Assembly (NCBI GenBank): GCA_035560005.1
Contig: DATMAN010000031.1
Span: 1,656 to 65,655, forward strand
Direction: 5' to 3'
DNA: 64,000 nt
DNA from: Burkholderiales bacterium
GTDB taxonomy: Bacteria > Pseudomonadota > Gammaproteobacteria > Burkholderiales > Eutrophovitaceae
A program made the translations under genes and the position numbers. Positions 1-9,479 of the stretch are shown piece after piece (the first letter of the stretch is position 1; each line of letters starts with the position of its first letter). The notes beneath the pieces were generated by a model. It had not been told where the DNA came from. It was given only the letters and a program-made list of their open reading frames with translations, and searched no databases.

Positions 1-783
1 CCCATGCCTCAGGAAGATGGGGCTGGGCTTGATGCCCATGCCCACGCCGGGCGGCGTGCCGGTGGTGATGACGTCGCCGGGCAGCAGCGTCATGCAGAAC
101 GAGACATAGGCCAGGAGCTTGTAGCAGTTGAAGATCATCGTACTGGTGTTGCCGGTCTGCATGCGCTTGCCGTTGACCTCCAGCCACATCGCGAGGTTAT
201 GCGGGTCGCGGATCTCGTCGCGGGTTACCAGCCAAGGGCCGAGCGGGGCGAAGGTGTCGAAGCCCTTGCCCTTGTCCCAGGTCGGGCCGCGTTCGATCTG
301 CCACTCGCGCTCGGAGACGTCGTTGCAGATCGTGAATCCGGCGATGTAGTTGATTGCGTCGGCTTCGGACACGCTCTTCGCTGTTTTGCCGATCACGAAG
401 GCCAGTTCCACTTCCCAATCCCCCTTCTTGGAGCCCTTGGGCAGGACCACGGTGTCGTTCGGTCCGATGATCGCCGAAGTCGCCTTCATGAACACCACCG
501 GCTCGGCCGGGATCGGCAGATTGGATTCCTTGGCATGGTCGCTGTAGTTCAGGCCGATCGCTACCAGCTTGCTTGGGCGCGCGACCGGAGGGCCAAGACG
601 GGGATTGCCGGGCACCTTGGGCAGCGCATTGACATCGAGTGCGCGCAGCCTCTTCAGCCCGTCGTCCGACAAGGCTTCGCCGTCGATGTCGCGAACGATG
701 CCCGAAAGGTCGCGGATCGCGCCTTGCGCATCGAGCATTCCCGGCTTTTCCCTGCCTGCCTCTCCATAACGTAGCAGTTTCAT
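1..783 (-). CDS. Fumarylacetoacetate hydrolase (FAH) family protein (diketo-acid hydrolase / 2-keto-4-pentenoate hydratase type); C-terminus lies beyond the window edge
   Basis: Minus-strand ATG at 781-783. It is absent from the ORF track because no stop falls inside the window. My translation, MKLLRYGEAGREKPGMLD...GLNYSDHAKES...DWEVELAFVIGK...LLPGDVITTGTPPGVGMG, is a typical FAH fold. Third-position GC is high. Confidence 0.85.
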   Translation of the reverse strand, partial: MKLLRYGEAGREKPGMLDAQGAIRDLSGIVRDIDGEALSDDGLKRLRALDVNALPKVPGNPRLGPPVARPSKLVAIGLNYSDHAKESNLPIPAEPVVFMKATSAIIGPNDTVVLPKGSKKGDWEVELAFVIGKTAKSVSEADAINYIAGFTICNDVSEREWQIERGPTWDKGKGFDTFAPLGPWLVTRDEIRDPHNLAMWLEVNGKRMQTGNTSTMIFNCYKLLAYVSFCMTLLPGDVITTGTPPGVGMGIKPSPIFLRHG

Positions 784-825
784 TTCTTTCTCCCGATCGA
801 ACTGAAGCTCTGGTGAGAGCCTGCT

Positions 826-1605
<780 letters not shown>

Positions 1606-1896
1606 CTATTGTGCCACAGGCGATCGGCGCCGCCGGCTTCGACAGCCGCCGGCAGTCGCTCTTTCGGCTGCCGGGCAATTTCATTAGACTCCCGGCGCAA
1701 CGAGTCCGGATTCGAGCTCGTGCGGGAGCGTCGGCGCGATCTATTCGCGCTGCAATGTGCAAACGACAGAGCTTTCTTCCAGGATGGCCGGACTCATCTG
1801 CTTGCCGGCGATCAGCCACGTCCTGGTCTTCCGCGTTCTTTGCGTTCCTCGCGTTCTTCCCGGCGAGCAGGTTTGCGTCTTGAAGTGGAGGAAAAG

Positions 1897-3624
1897 ATGG
1901 CCGTAAGGAAAAGGCTTCGCAGTCACGACTGGTTTGGCAAGCCGGGCATCGACAGCATGGTTCACCGGTCCTGGTTGAAGAACCAGGGGTTGCCGCGTCA
2001 TCTCTTCGAGGGCCGTCCGGTGATCGGGATCTGCAACACCTGGTCGGAGCTCACGCCGTGCAACGCCCACTTCCGCCAGATCGCCGAGCGGGTGCGGCGC
2101 GGGGTGCTGGAAGCGGGCGGTTTCCCGCTCGAGTTCCCGGGGATGTCGCTGGGTGAACCGGTGATGCGGCCCACCGCGATGCTGTTCCGCAATCTCGCAG
2201 CGATGGACGTCGAGGAAACCATCCGTGCCAATCCGCTGGACGGCGTGGTTCTGCTGACCGGCTGCGACAAGACCACGCCGGCACTGTTGATGGGTGCAGC
2301 CTCCTGCGATGTCCCGGCCATCGTCGTCTCCGGCGGCCCGATGCTGAACGGCCGCTGGCGCGACGAGACCATCGGCTCGGGCACGCACGTCTGGAAGTTC
2401 AAGGAGATGTTGAAGACCGGCGAGATGACCGACGAAGACTTGCTGGAGGCGGAGCAATGCATGTCGCGTTCGGCCGGTCACTGCATGACGATGGGCACCG
2501 CTTCGACCATGGCTTCGATGGCGGAGGCGCTCGGTATCGCGCTGCCCACCAACGCCGCGATCCCGGCGGTGGACTCGCGCCGCTACGTGCTGGCGCACAT
2601 GGCCGGGATGCGCATCGTGCAGATGGTGAAGGATGACCTGCGCATGTCGAGAATCCTTACCAGGCAGGCTTTCGAAAATGCGATTCGCGTCAACGGAGCC
2701 ATCGGCGGTTCGACCAACGCGGTGGTGCACCTGCTGGCTATCGCGCGCCGCATCGGGGTCAAGCTCACGCTGGATGACTGGGACCGGCTCGGCCGCGACG
2801 TGCCCTGCATCGTGAATCTCATGCCCTCGGGCGCGTATCTGATGGAAGATTTCTACTACGCCGGCGGGCTGCCGGTTGTCATCAGAGAGCTGGGCAAGGC
2901 CGGCCTGCTGCACAGGAACGCCGTTACGGCCAACGGCCAGACGATCTGGAACAACGTCAAGAATGCGAAGAACTACAACCCGAAAGTGATTTTCTCGGTC
3001 GACAAACCGTTCAAGAAGCAGGGCGGCATCGCGGTGCTGCGCGGCAACCTGGTGCCCAACGGCGCGGTGATCAAGCCTTCGGCCGCCACGCCGCATCTGA
3101 TGAGGCATCGCGGCCGGGCGGTCGTCTTCGAGAACATCGAGGACTACAAGAAGCGCATCGACGATCCCGCCCTCAAGGTCGACGAGACCTGCGTGTTGGT
3201 GCTGAAGGGCTGCGGGCCGAAGGGCTACCCGGGCTTCCCCGAGGTCGGCAACTTCGCTCTGCCCGCGAAGATCCTGAAGAAGGGCATTACGGACATGGTG
3301 CGCATCTCCGATGCGCGCATGAGCGGCACCGCCTATGGAACCGTGGTGCTGCACAGCGCGCCGGAAGCCGCCGTAGGCGGACCGCTCGCGCTGATCCAGG
3401 ACGGCGACATGATCGAGATCGATGTTCCGCGGCGGCGCCTGCACCTGGACGTGTCGGACGCCGAGCTGGAACGACGCCGCAGGAAATGGCGGGCGCCCAA
3501 GCCGCTGGCCGATCGCGGCTACGTCAGGCTCTATATCGAGCACGTCAACCAGGCCGACGAAGGCTGCGACCTGGATTTTCTGATCGGCGGCAGCGGCACG
3601 CCGCCTCTTCGCGAGTCGCACTGA
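1897..3624 (+). CDS. IlvD/Edd family dehydratase (pentonate/sugar-acid dehydratase type)
   Basis: ATG 1897 preceded by GGAGGAAAAG. Sequence MAVRKRLRSHDWFGKPG...ICNTWSELTPCNAHF...GCDKTTPA...SAGHCMTMGTAST. The 946-1896 extension in the track is an antisense artefact over the SDR gene. Confidence 0.9.
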   Translation: MAVRKRLRSHDWFGKPGIDSMVHRSWLKNQGLPRHLFEGRPVIGICNTWSELTPCNAHFRQIAERVRRGVLEAGGFPLEFPGMSLGEPVMRPTAMLFRNLAAMDVEETIRANPLDGVVLLTGCDKTTPALLMGAASCDVPAIVVSGGPMLNGRWRDETIGSGTHVWKFKEMLKTGEMTDEDLLEAEQCMSRSAGHCMTMGTASTMASMAEALGIALPTNAAIPAVDSRRYVLAHMAGMRIVQMVKDDLRMSRILTRQAFENAIRVNGAIGGSTNAVVHLLAIARRIGVKLTLDDWDRLGRDVPCIVNLMPSGAYLMEDFYYAGGLPVVIRELGKAGLLHRNAVTANGQTIWNNVKNAKNYNPKVIFSVDKPFKKQGGIAVLRGNLVPNGAVIKPSAATPHLMRHRGRAVVFENIEDYKKRIDDPALKVDETCVLVLKGCGPKGYPGFPEVGNFALPAKILKKGITDMVRISDARMSGTAYGTVVLHSAPEAAVGGPLALIQDGDMIEIDVPRRRLHLDVSDAELERRRRKWRAPKPLADRGYVRLYIEHVNQADEGCDLDFLIGGSGTPPLRESH

Positions 3625-3679
3625 GACGGGCAGGCGCCGGACCGGACCGGGGGTTGGCGGTGGTCGGCGACGCGGGAAA

Positions 3680-3776
3680 CTACAAAGGACAAAGGATCAC
3701 AAAGGCGATCTGTTCGTCTTCGTGTTTCTTGCCTTGATGTCTTGATGGCGAAATCTTCTCTCGCAAGGACAAAGAC
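3680..3776. repeat. Low-GC imperfect palindromic spacer built from short tandem ACAAAGG(A) units and their complements
   Basis: tACAAAGGACAAAGGATCACAAAGGcgatCTGTTCGTCTtcgtgtttcttgCCTTGATGTCTTGATGG...gcAAGGACAAAGAcc, lying between two convergent stop codons. Shares the string CTGTTCGTCT with the spacer at 18.5 kb. Confidence 0.5.
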
Positions 3777-3779
3777 CGT

Positions 3780-4643
3780 CTAACCGCGGAGCACAAGCTC
3801 GCGGCGCACGCCGCGGGTTTCCAGCTCGACCTCCGAATCGAGAATCGGCGGGCGTGCGAAATGCACCCGCAGTCCGCGAGCCGCCGCGCCATGCAATCCC
3901 GGCACCACCACGGTTTCCAGAAGATCGCCGATGTCGCGCGTGACGCACAGATCGGTGTGGGTCGAGTCCGCCCAGGACAGCCCGAGCTTGCCGAGCCGCT
4001 CGGTGATGACGCCGATCACGTACTCCAGCTTTTTCTTCATCCCTTCACGCGAGACGTCACCCTGAGCGACGATCCTTCCACGCGGATCGATGTCCGCGGT
4101 GCCGGAGACGCAGAACGTCGTCCCGCTCTGTTCGGATGCCGCGGCATAGGAAAACGCGTGCACAGACGGCACGGCGGGCGCGTCGAGAAACGGCGCGACG
4201 TTGGTGCGGGATACCGCGCTGTATTCACCGAAGATCAGACCCCACTTGCGCAGTTGATCGATGTAGGGCGCGTTGAACGACCGGAAGCCTTCGAAGCTGA
4301 GCTGGCGCGCAATGCGCAGTTCCATTCCGCACAAGGCCTGCCGCGGGCGGCCTGCGTCGCGCAGCGCAGCCTCGATGGCGGACCAGGCGCGGTCGAGCGG
4401 CATCCACGGGTGGAACAGTACGTGCACGATCTCGTATCCCGCCATGGCAATCGCGCCGGCGTTGAAGACCGGGCCGGCGGGCAGGAACCGGTAACCTCCG
4501 GCAGCGTTGTCGATCAGGGATGCCGGCTGCGCGGCCGTGGACTCCGGCCGGCTGAAAACGGACACGGTCGCGGCAAGTGCCATGCTCCGTAGCAGGAAGC
4601 GGCGTCGGGCGGGCGCGACGGCGGACAGTTTCAAGGGGGCCAT
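3780..4643 (-). CDS. Hypothetical protein with twin-arginine (Tat) type signal peptide
   Basis: The likely start is the internal ATG at 4641-4643 (MAPLKLSAVAPARRRFLLRSMALAATVSVFS), giving RRRFLL plus a hydrophobic stretch. The rest is protein-like with high GC3. I do not recognise the family. The upstream 103 codons of the track ORF look non-coding. Confidence 0.65.
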   Translation of the reverse strand: MAPLKLSAVAPARRRFLLRSMALAATVSVFSRPESTAAQPASLIDNAAGGYRFLPAGPVFNAGAIAMAGYEIVHVLFHPWMPLDRAWSAIEAALRDAGRPRQALCGMELRIARQLSFEGFRSFNAPYIDQLRKWGLIFGEYSAVSRTNVAPFLDAPAVPSVHAFSYAAASEQSGTTFCVSGTADIDPRGRIVAQGDVSREGMKKKLEYVIGVITERLGKLGLSWADSTHTDLCVTRDIGDLLETVVVPGLHGAAARGLRVHFARPPILDSEVELETRGVRRELVLRG

Positions 4644-4794
4644 GGGCAACTCCGGTCGAGGGGGCGGTTGCAGCCGCTCGATTATAGGCCCGCGTGCGAC
4701 CCCTCCGAGCGTATAATCGCGTGCTCGATCAGTGCCCGTGGGCAGCCTGGAGCGAGCGTACCCACGCCACCGCAGAGCGCAAGGAGACACCCAA

Positions 4795-6318
4795 ATGCTG
4801 CAAGCCGCCGATCTGACCATTCGTCTGAATCCCGCCGACGACGTGGTGATCGCCCGCATCGAGCTTCCCGCCGGCACGGAGATCATCCGCGAAAAAGTCC
4901 GCACCGTCGTGACCGTTCCGGCCGGGCACAAGATCGCCACGCGCGAGATCAAGGTCGGGGAGCCCGTGCGCCGCTACAACCAGATCATCGGTTTTGCCAC
5001 GCAGCCGATCAAACCGGGCGATCATGTCCACGTGCACAATCTGGCGATGGGCGACTTCCAGCGCGACTACGCGTTCTGTGCGGATTACAAGCCGGTGGAC
5101 TACGTGGCGAACCCGGCGACCTTCATGGGCATCAAGCGGCCCGACGGGCGCGTGGCCACCCGCAACTACGTGGGTGTCATCTCGAGCGTCAACTGCTCCG
5201 CGCACGTGTGCCGCCAGATCGCGAAGTATTTCGACGAAGACTACATGGCGCAATATCCGAACGTCGATGGCATCGTGCCGATTCACCACAAGACCGGCTG
5301 TGGCATGGGCTCCGAGGGCGAACCGGTCGATCTGTTGCGCCGCGTGCTCGCCGGGTATGCCACGCATCCCAACTTCGCGGCTGCGCTGATGATCGGTCTG
5401 GGCTGTGAAGCCAACCAGATCAACAATCTTCTGGCCGCGCAGGGACTGAAGCGCTCCGACAAGCTGCAGACGTTCACCATTCAGGAGACCGGAGGGACCC
5501 GCAAGACCATCGAGAACGGAATTGCCCGTGTCAAGGAACTGCTGCCGGAAGCGAACCGGGTCAAGCGCGAGGAAGTACCGGCGAGTCATCTGATTCTCGG
5601 TCTGCAGTGCGGCGGCTCGGATGGATACTCCGGCATCTCCGCCAATCCCGCGCTCGGCGCCGCGGTCGACATTCTGGTCCGCCACGGAGGCACCGCCATT
5701 CTCTCCGAGACACCGGAGATCTACGGTGCGGAACACCTGCTGACGCGCCGTGCGGTGTCGCGCGAAGTCGGCGAAAAGCTCATCAAGCGCATTAAGTGGT
5801 GGGAGGACTACACGCGCAGGCTCGGCGGCGAAATGAACAACAATCCTTCTCCCGGCAACAAGGCGGGCGGGCTCACCACCATCCTGGAGAAATCGCTCGG
5901 AGCGGTCGCCAAGGGTGGCACGCAACCGCTGATGGACGTCTACGAATACGCGCAGCGCGTGACGGCCAGAGGCTTCGTGTTCATGGATACACCCGGCTAC
6001 GATCCGGTGTCGGCGACTGGGCAGGTGGCCGGCGGCGCGAACATGATCTGCTTCACCACGGGCCGCGGGTCGGCGTATGGCTGCAAGCCCGCGCCGTCGC
6101 TGAAACTCGCGACCAACACCGCGCTGTTCAATCGTCAGGAAGACGACATGGACATCAACTGCGGCGTGATCGTCGACGGCAAGGCCAGCATCGAGGAAGT
6201 GGGCCAGCAGTTCTTCGAACTGATTCTGAGGACCGCCTCAGGGCAGAAGTCCAAGAGCGAGCTATGGGGCTACGGCGAGGATGAATTCGCGCCCTGGGTG
6301 CTCGGTCCGACGATGTAG
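4795..6318 (+). CDS. UxaA family hydrolyase (altronate / galactarate dehydratase-like)
   Basis: ATG 4795 with AAGGAGA 8 nt upstream. N-terminal SAF-like segment (LNPADDVVIARIELPAGTEI...AGHKIATREI), then RNYVGVISSVNCSA...GLGCE...GGSDGYSG, typical of UxaA/GarD. Confidence 0.85.
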   Translation: MLQAADLTIRLNPADDVVIARIELPAGTEIIREKVRTVVTVPAGHKIATREIKVGEPVRRYNQIIGFATQPIKPGDHVHVHNLAMGDFQRDYAFCADYKPVDYVANPATFMGIKRPDGRVATRNYVGVISSVNCSAHVCRQIAKYFDEDYMAQYPNVDGIVPIHHKTGCGMGSEGEPVDLLRRVLAGYATHPNFAAALMIGLGCEANQINNLLAAQGLKRSDKLQTFTIQETGGTRKTIENGIARVKELLPEANRVKREEVPASHLILGLQCGGSDGYSGISANPALGAAVDILVRHGGTAILSETPEIYGAEHLLTRRAVSREVGEKLIKRIKWWEDYTRRLGGEMNNNPSPGNKAGGLTTILEKSLGAVAKGGTQPLMDVYEYAQRVTARGFVFMDTPGYDPVSATGQVAGGANMICFTTGRGSAYGCKPAPSLKLATNTALFNRQEDDMDINCGVIVDGKASIEEVGQQFFELILRTASGQKSKSELWGYGEDEFAPWVLGPTM

Positions 6319-6397
6319 CTCTTGCGGCAGCGCGGTTCTGTTCGCAGGGCTTGACTGACCCACGGCTGCCGGTACCGATACCGGCGGCCGTTTTCAT

Positions 6398-6697
6398 TTG
6401 GAGAGCGTCGTGGCCGAAGATTTCTCGTCCAAGGACTGGTTCGAGCACTTTCAGAAGATGTGGAACCCGATGAACTTTCCGCTGCCCGGCATGTTTCAGC
6501 CCACGATGGACATCGGCGAGATCGACAGGAAGATCGCCGAGTTGAAGGCCGTGGAAAGCTGGCTGCGGATGAACCTCGGTTTTCTCGACATGACGATCAA
6601 GGCGCTGGAGATGCAGAAAGCGGCGCTGCAGGCACTGCACGAAGCCGCGAAGAACCCGGAAGGCGGGAAGCCGAAGGGCGAAGGCGGCTCAAGCTGA
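6398..6697 (+). CDS. Small coiled-coil protein, possibly PhaM-family PHA-granule associated protein
   Basis: 99-aa ORF with a TTG start, so the N-terminus is uncertain. The core IDRKIAELKAVESWLRMNLGFLDMTIKALEMQKAALQAL resembles the conserved PhaM-family motif as I recall it. Gly/Lys-rich tail. Confidence 0.5.
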   Translation: MESVVAEDFSSKDWFEHFQKMWNPMNFPLPGMFQPTMDIGEIDRKIAELKAVESWLRMNLGFLDMTIKALEMQKAALQALHEAAKNPEGGKPKGEGGSS

Positions 6698-6719
6698 CGC
6701 GGCAAGCACGAGCAGCCTT

Positions 6720-7547
6720 TCAGGCCGCACCCGACACGATGCGGATCTCGCGTTGCGGAAACGGGATGCAAATGGCCTTCGCGCGGAAGGCCTCCACGAT
6801 CGCCTTGTTGATCTCGCCTGTCGTGATCCAGTAATCCGGGACATTCACCCAAGGCTTGACCGCGATTTCGATCGACGAATCGGCGAGCAGGCTGACGGCA
6901 ATGACCGGCGCCGGATCCTTCAGCACCCGCGGATTGCCGTGCAACAGCTCGTTCACCGCAGCGAGCGCACGGTTCAGATCGGTGTCATAGGCCACGCCCA
7001 CGGAGACGCCGATCTGGCGGATCTTTCCGTAGTTGTGCAGGATCTCGCCGACGATCTTGCGATTGGGCACGACCACCCTGGACAGATCGGCATGGCTGAG
7101 CACGGTGTTGAACAGCGTGATCGCCTCGACCCTACCCTCGACGCCCAGCATCGACACGTACTCCCCGACCCGGAACGGCCGGGTGAAGATGATGGTCAGT
7201 CCGGCTACCAGATTGCTCAGAACTCCCTGCATCGCCAGCGCGACCCCGGCGCCTGCCACGCCGAGGCCTGCGATGAGCGGCAACAGTTCCACGCCAAGGT
7301 TTTGCAGCGCCATGATCGCAAACAGGCCGAGGATCACGATGCGCACGATGCGCACCAGCAGTTCGCGCACCGGAGCTTCGAGCTCGAGGTTCCTCAGCCC
7401 ACGCGACAGCGCTTCGGCCGCCCATCGCCCGACGACGACGCCGGCCGCGATGATGAGGATCGCCACGAGTACCCTCGGTCCGAACTGGGTGGCCAAGTCG
7501 ATGACGGCACGCTTGACATGCTCCAGCGTCTGCAACTGCTCTTCCAT
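6720..7547 (-). CDS. Mechanosensitive ion channel, MscS family
   Basis: 275 aa. Three N-terminal TM helices, then the conserved GVLSNLVAGLTIIFTRPFRVGEYV...G.VE.I.LFNT block. Confidence 0.9.
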   Translation of the reverse strand: MEEQLQTLEHVKRAVIDLATQFGPRVLVAILIIAAGVVVGRWAAEALSRGLRNLELEAPVRELLVRIVRIVILGLFAIMALQNLGVELLPLIAGLGVAGAGVALAMQGVLSNLVAGLTIIFTRPFRVGEYVSMLGVEGRVEAITLFNTVLSHADLSRVVVPNRKIVGEILHNYGKIRQIGVSVGVAYDTDLNRALAAVNELLHGNPRVLKDPAPVIAVSLLADSSIEIAVKPWVNVPDYWITTGEINKAIVEAFRAKAICIPFPQREIRIVSGAA

Positions 7548-7693
7548 GATCGTGTCCCCCGCGTTGCAATCGGGCGCAGTGTGCCGGGAGCGGTGCCCGA
7601 GGTCCAGACCGTCGGTATGCGCCCGCGCACGGGCGCGTTGCCCTCGCCGGCGCGATGGTACTATCCGCCGTCGCGCGCGCGGTGAACGTTTCC

Positions 7694-8218
7694 ATGCAGA
7701 TCCTGAACAAGTGGCTCAATCGCGTGATCGCTTTCCTGGGGCTGGCGATCCTGGCGGCCATGCTCGCCACGGGGATCGTCGCGGCGAGGGCGTGGAAGCT
7801 CGGCAAGGACGCGCAAGATTATTTCGAATCGAGCGTGCGCTCGATCGCGACCGGCTGGGAAGTGAGCGAGCTGAAGAAGCGCTTCGTGCCCGAGATGCTT
7901 TCCCCGCAGGCCGAGAGGGCTTTCAGGGCGTATTTCTCCCGTCTGTCCGCGCTGCGCACCATGAAGCGACTCGGAAAGCCGGCCGGGCGGATCGGGACCG
8001 GCGCCTATCCCGGGACGACCATCAACGGCACCTGGGCGGAATACACGGCCCACGCGGAGTTCGAAAGCGGCGGGGCGCAGATCACGCTGGTCCTCAAGCG
8101 CGTGTCGGGTGGCTGGCAGATCGCGGTCTTCGAGGTTGGGCTACCGGCCAAGCCGCAAGCCCGGTCTGCCGACCCGATGCTCGTCAGCCGGCGCTCGCGG
8201 GCCGGATCCGCTCTTTGA
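7694..8218 (+). CDS. Hypothetical membrane-anchored protein
   Basis: Probable start MQILNKWLNRVIAFLGLAILAAMLATGIV (single N-terminal TM) followed by a soluble domain. Start and C-terminal extent are uncertain. No family recognised. Confidence 0.55.
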   Translation: MQILNKWLNRVIAFLGLAILAAMLATGIVAARAWKLGKDAQDYFESSVRSIATGWEVSELKKRFVPEMLSPQAERAFRAYFSRLSALRTMKRLGKPAGRIGTGAYPGTTINGTWAEYTAHAEFESGGAQITLVLKRVSGGWQIAVFEVGLPAKPQARSADPMLVSRRSRAGSAL

Positions 8219-8440
8219 GTTTGATTAGCGCGGCGATCGGTTGGGCGCAGATGCCCGGCTTCCGGACCGAGTGACCGGCGTCGGCCACCACGATACAGTC
8301 GGCCTCCCGGCAGGCCTGATGCAATGCCGTGGGGGCTGCCGGTACGTTGAACGGCGTGCGTCCAAGGCCAGATAATCGCCGGCGTGCAGCTCCGGTTCCA
8401 GAGCTTGGTGCGCACCACGCAGGATGCGTTCATCGGCTGC
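8184..8440 (-). pseudogene. Remnant of an alpha/beta-hydrolase C-terminus (about 85 codons, one frameshift, no N-terminal part)
   Basis: Minus-strand reading ...DERILRGAHQALEPELHAGDYLAL / (frame shift) / GRTPFNVPAAPTALHQACREADCIVVADAGHSVRKPGICAQPIAALIKLKE*. This resembles the HG.D...VP....L......A.L.V...AGH end of alpha/beta hydrolases. It starts directly at the stop codon of the TraB-like gene and has no start codon. Confidence 0.35.
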
Positions 8441-8443
8441 GCG

Positions 8444-9352
8444 CTACAACTGCTTGATGCGGTAACCCTTCTTCTTCAGCAGCGCCATGATGCCATCGTC
8501 GCCCAGCACATGCGCCGCGCCCACCGCGACAAAGGCCACCGTGCGCTCGCGCAACAAGGCCTCGATCTTTTCCGTCATCGCGGCGTTGCGGGCAGCGAGG
8601 AACTTGTCGTGAAACTCGGCCGCCCGTGCGTGCGAAAGCCTCCTTTCCTCGGCCGTCAGCACTGCGGAGAGCTTGTCCAGATCCGAAGTCGTCCAGGCTT
8701 TCACCATCGCCTCCACCAGGGAGGGCAGTTCGTTGTCCTCGATCTCCTTGAGCGTGAGCTCGAGCAGCTCCTGCTGCAGCCCCGGGGACAGACTGTTCAT
8801 CATGGCGAACTGGCTCGCGGCCGATTCCAGCTGCACGATCTTCTTGCCATCCTTGACGGCGCGGTCCGCGAAATGGATATCCAGGCCCATGGCACTGTCG
8901 TAGCCCAGCCGCGCGTATTCGAGCGAAGTCAGTGTGAGCATGACCATGAAAGGCTTCATCGGCTGCACCTGATCGAAGGGCAGTCCGAGACGGTTGAGCA
9001 CCTTCTTAAGCCTGGCTCGCAGTTCCTCCGGCAGGTGCGACTCCAGCTTGTCCGGCGGCGTGTAGAACGCAGTGGATACCGCGTCTGTCAGCGCCTGCAC
9101 GTCGGTCGAGTCGACCTCCAGCGCCAGCACCGAAGCGCGGCGGTATGCGTTCTCCACCGCCGCCGGCAGAGGATAGAACTCCCGCTTGCCGACGTGGATC
9201 GTTCCGAAGAGGTACACCGTGGTGGAGTCCGAGCGGATTTCCCACAGTGGCATCCGGACATCGGCTTCGAGCGCGGGTACCGGAATGGACAGCAGCAGCG
9301 CCGCGAGGAGCAGGAGCGCGCGGCCGAGAATGCGTAGCGCGTAGGCGAACAT
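8444..9352 (-). CDS. TraB/GumN family protein (secreted/periplasmic)
   Basis: Start MFAYALRILGRALLLLAALLLSIPVPALEA (signal peptide). Then LWEIRSDSTTVYLFGTIHVGK...AVGAAHVLGDDGIMALLKKKGYRI, typical of TraB/GumN. Confidence 0.85.
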   Translation of the reverse strand: MFAYALRILGRALLLLAALLLSIPVPALEADVRMPLWEIRSDSTTVYLFGTIHVGKREFYPLPAAVENAYRRASVLALEVDSTDVQALTDAVSTAFYTPPDKLESHLPEELRARLKKVLNRLGLPFDQVQPMKPFMVMLTLTSLEYARLGYDSAMGLDIHFADRAVKDGKKIVQLESAASQFAMMNSLSPGLQQELLELTLKEIEDNELPSLVEAMVKAWTTSDLDKLSAVLTAEERRLSHARAAEFHDKFLAARNAAMTEKIEALLRERTVAFVAVGAAHVLGDDGIMALLKKKGYRIKQL

Positions 9353-9479
9353 GATCTCACCGGATGAAGGTTGGAAGCGGCGGGCTGCTCCGCTGTGCGC
9401 GAACGACGCAGCAGCGCGGGCCGCTACGGACGGCAGCGTATAATTCGACCCTCTCGGAGTCAAACATCTTTCCGAAACA

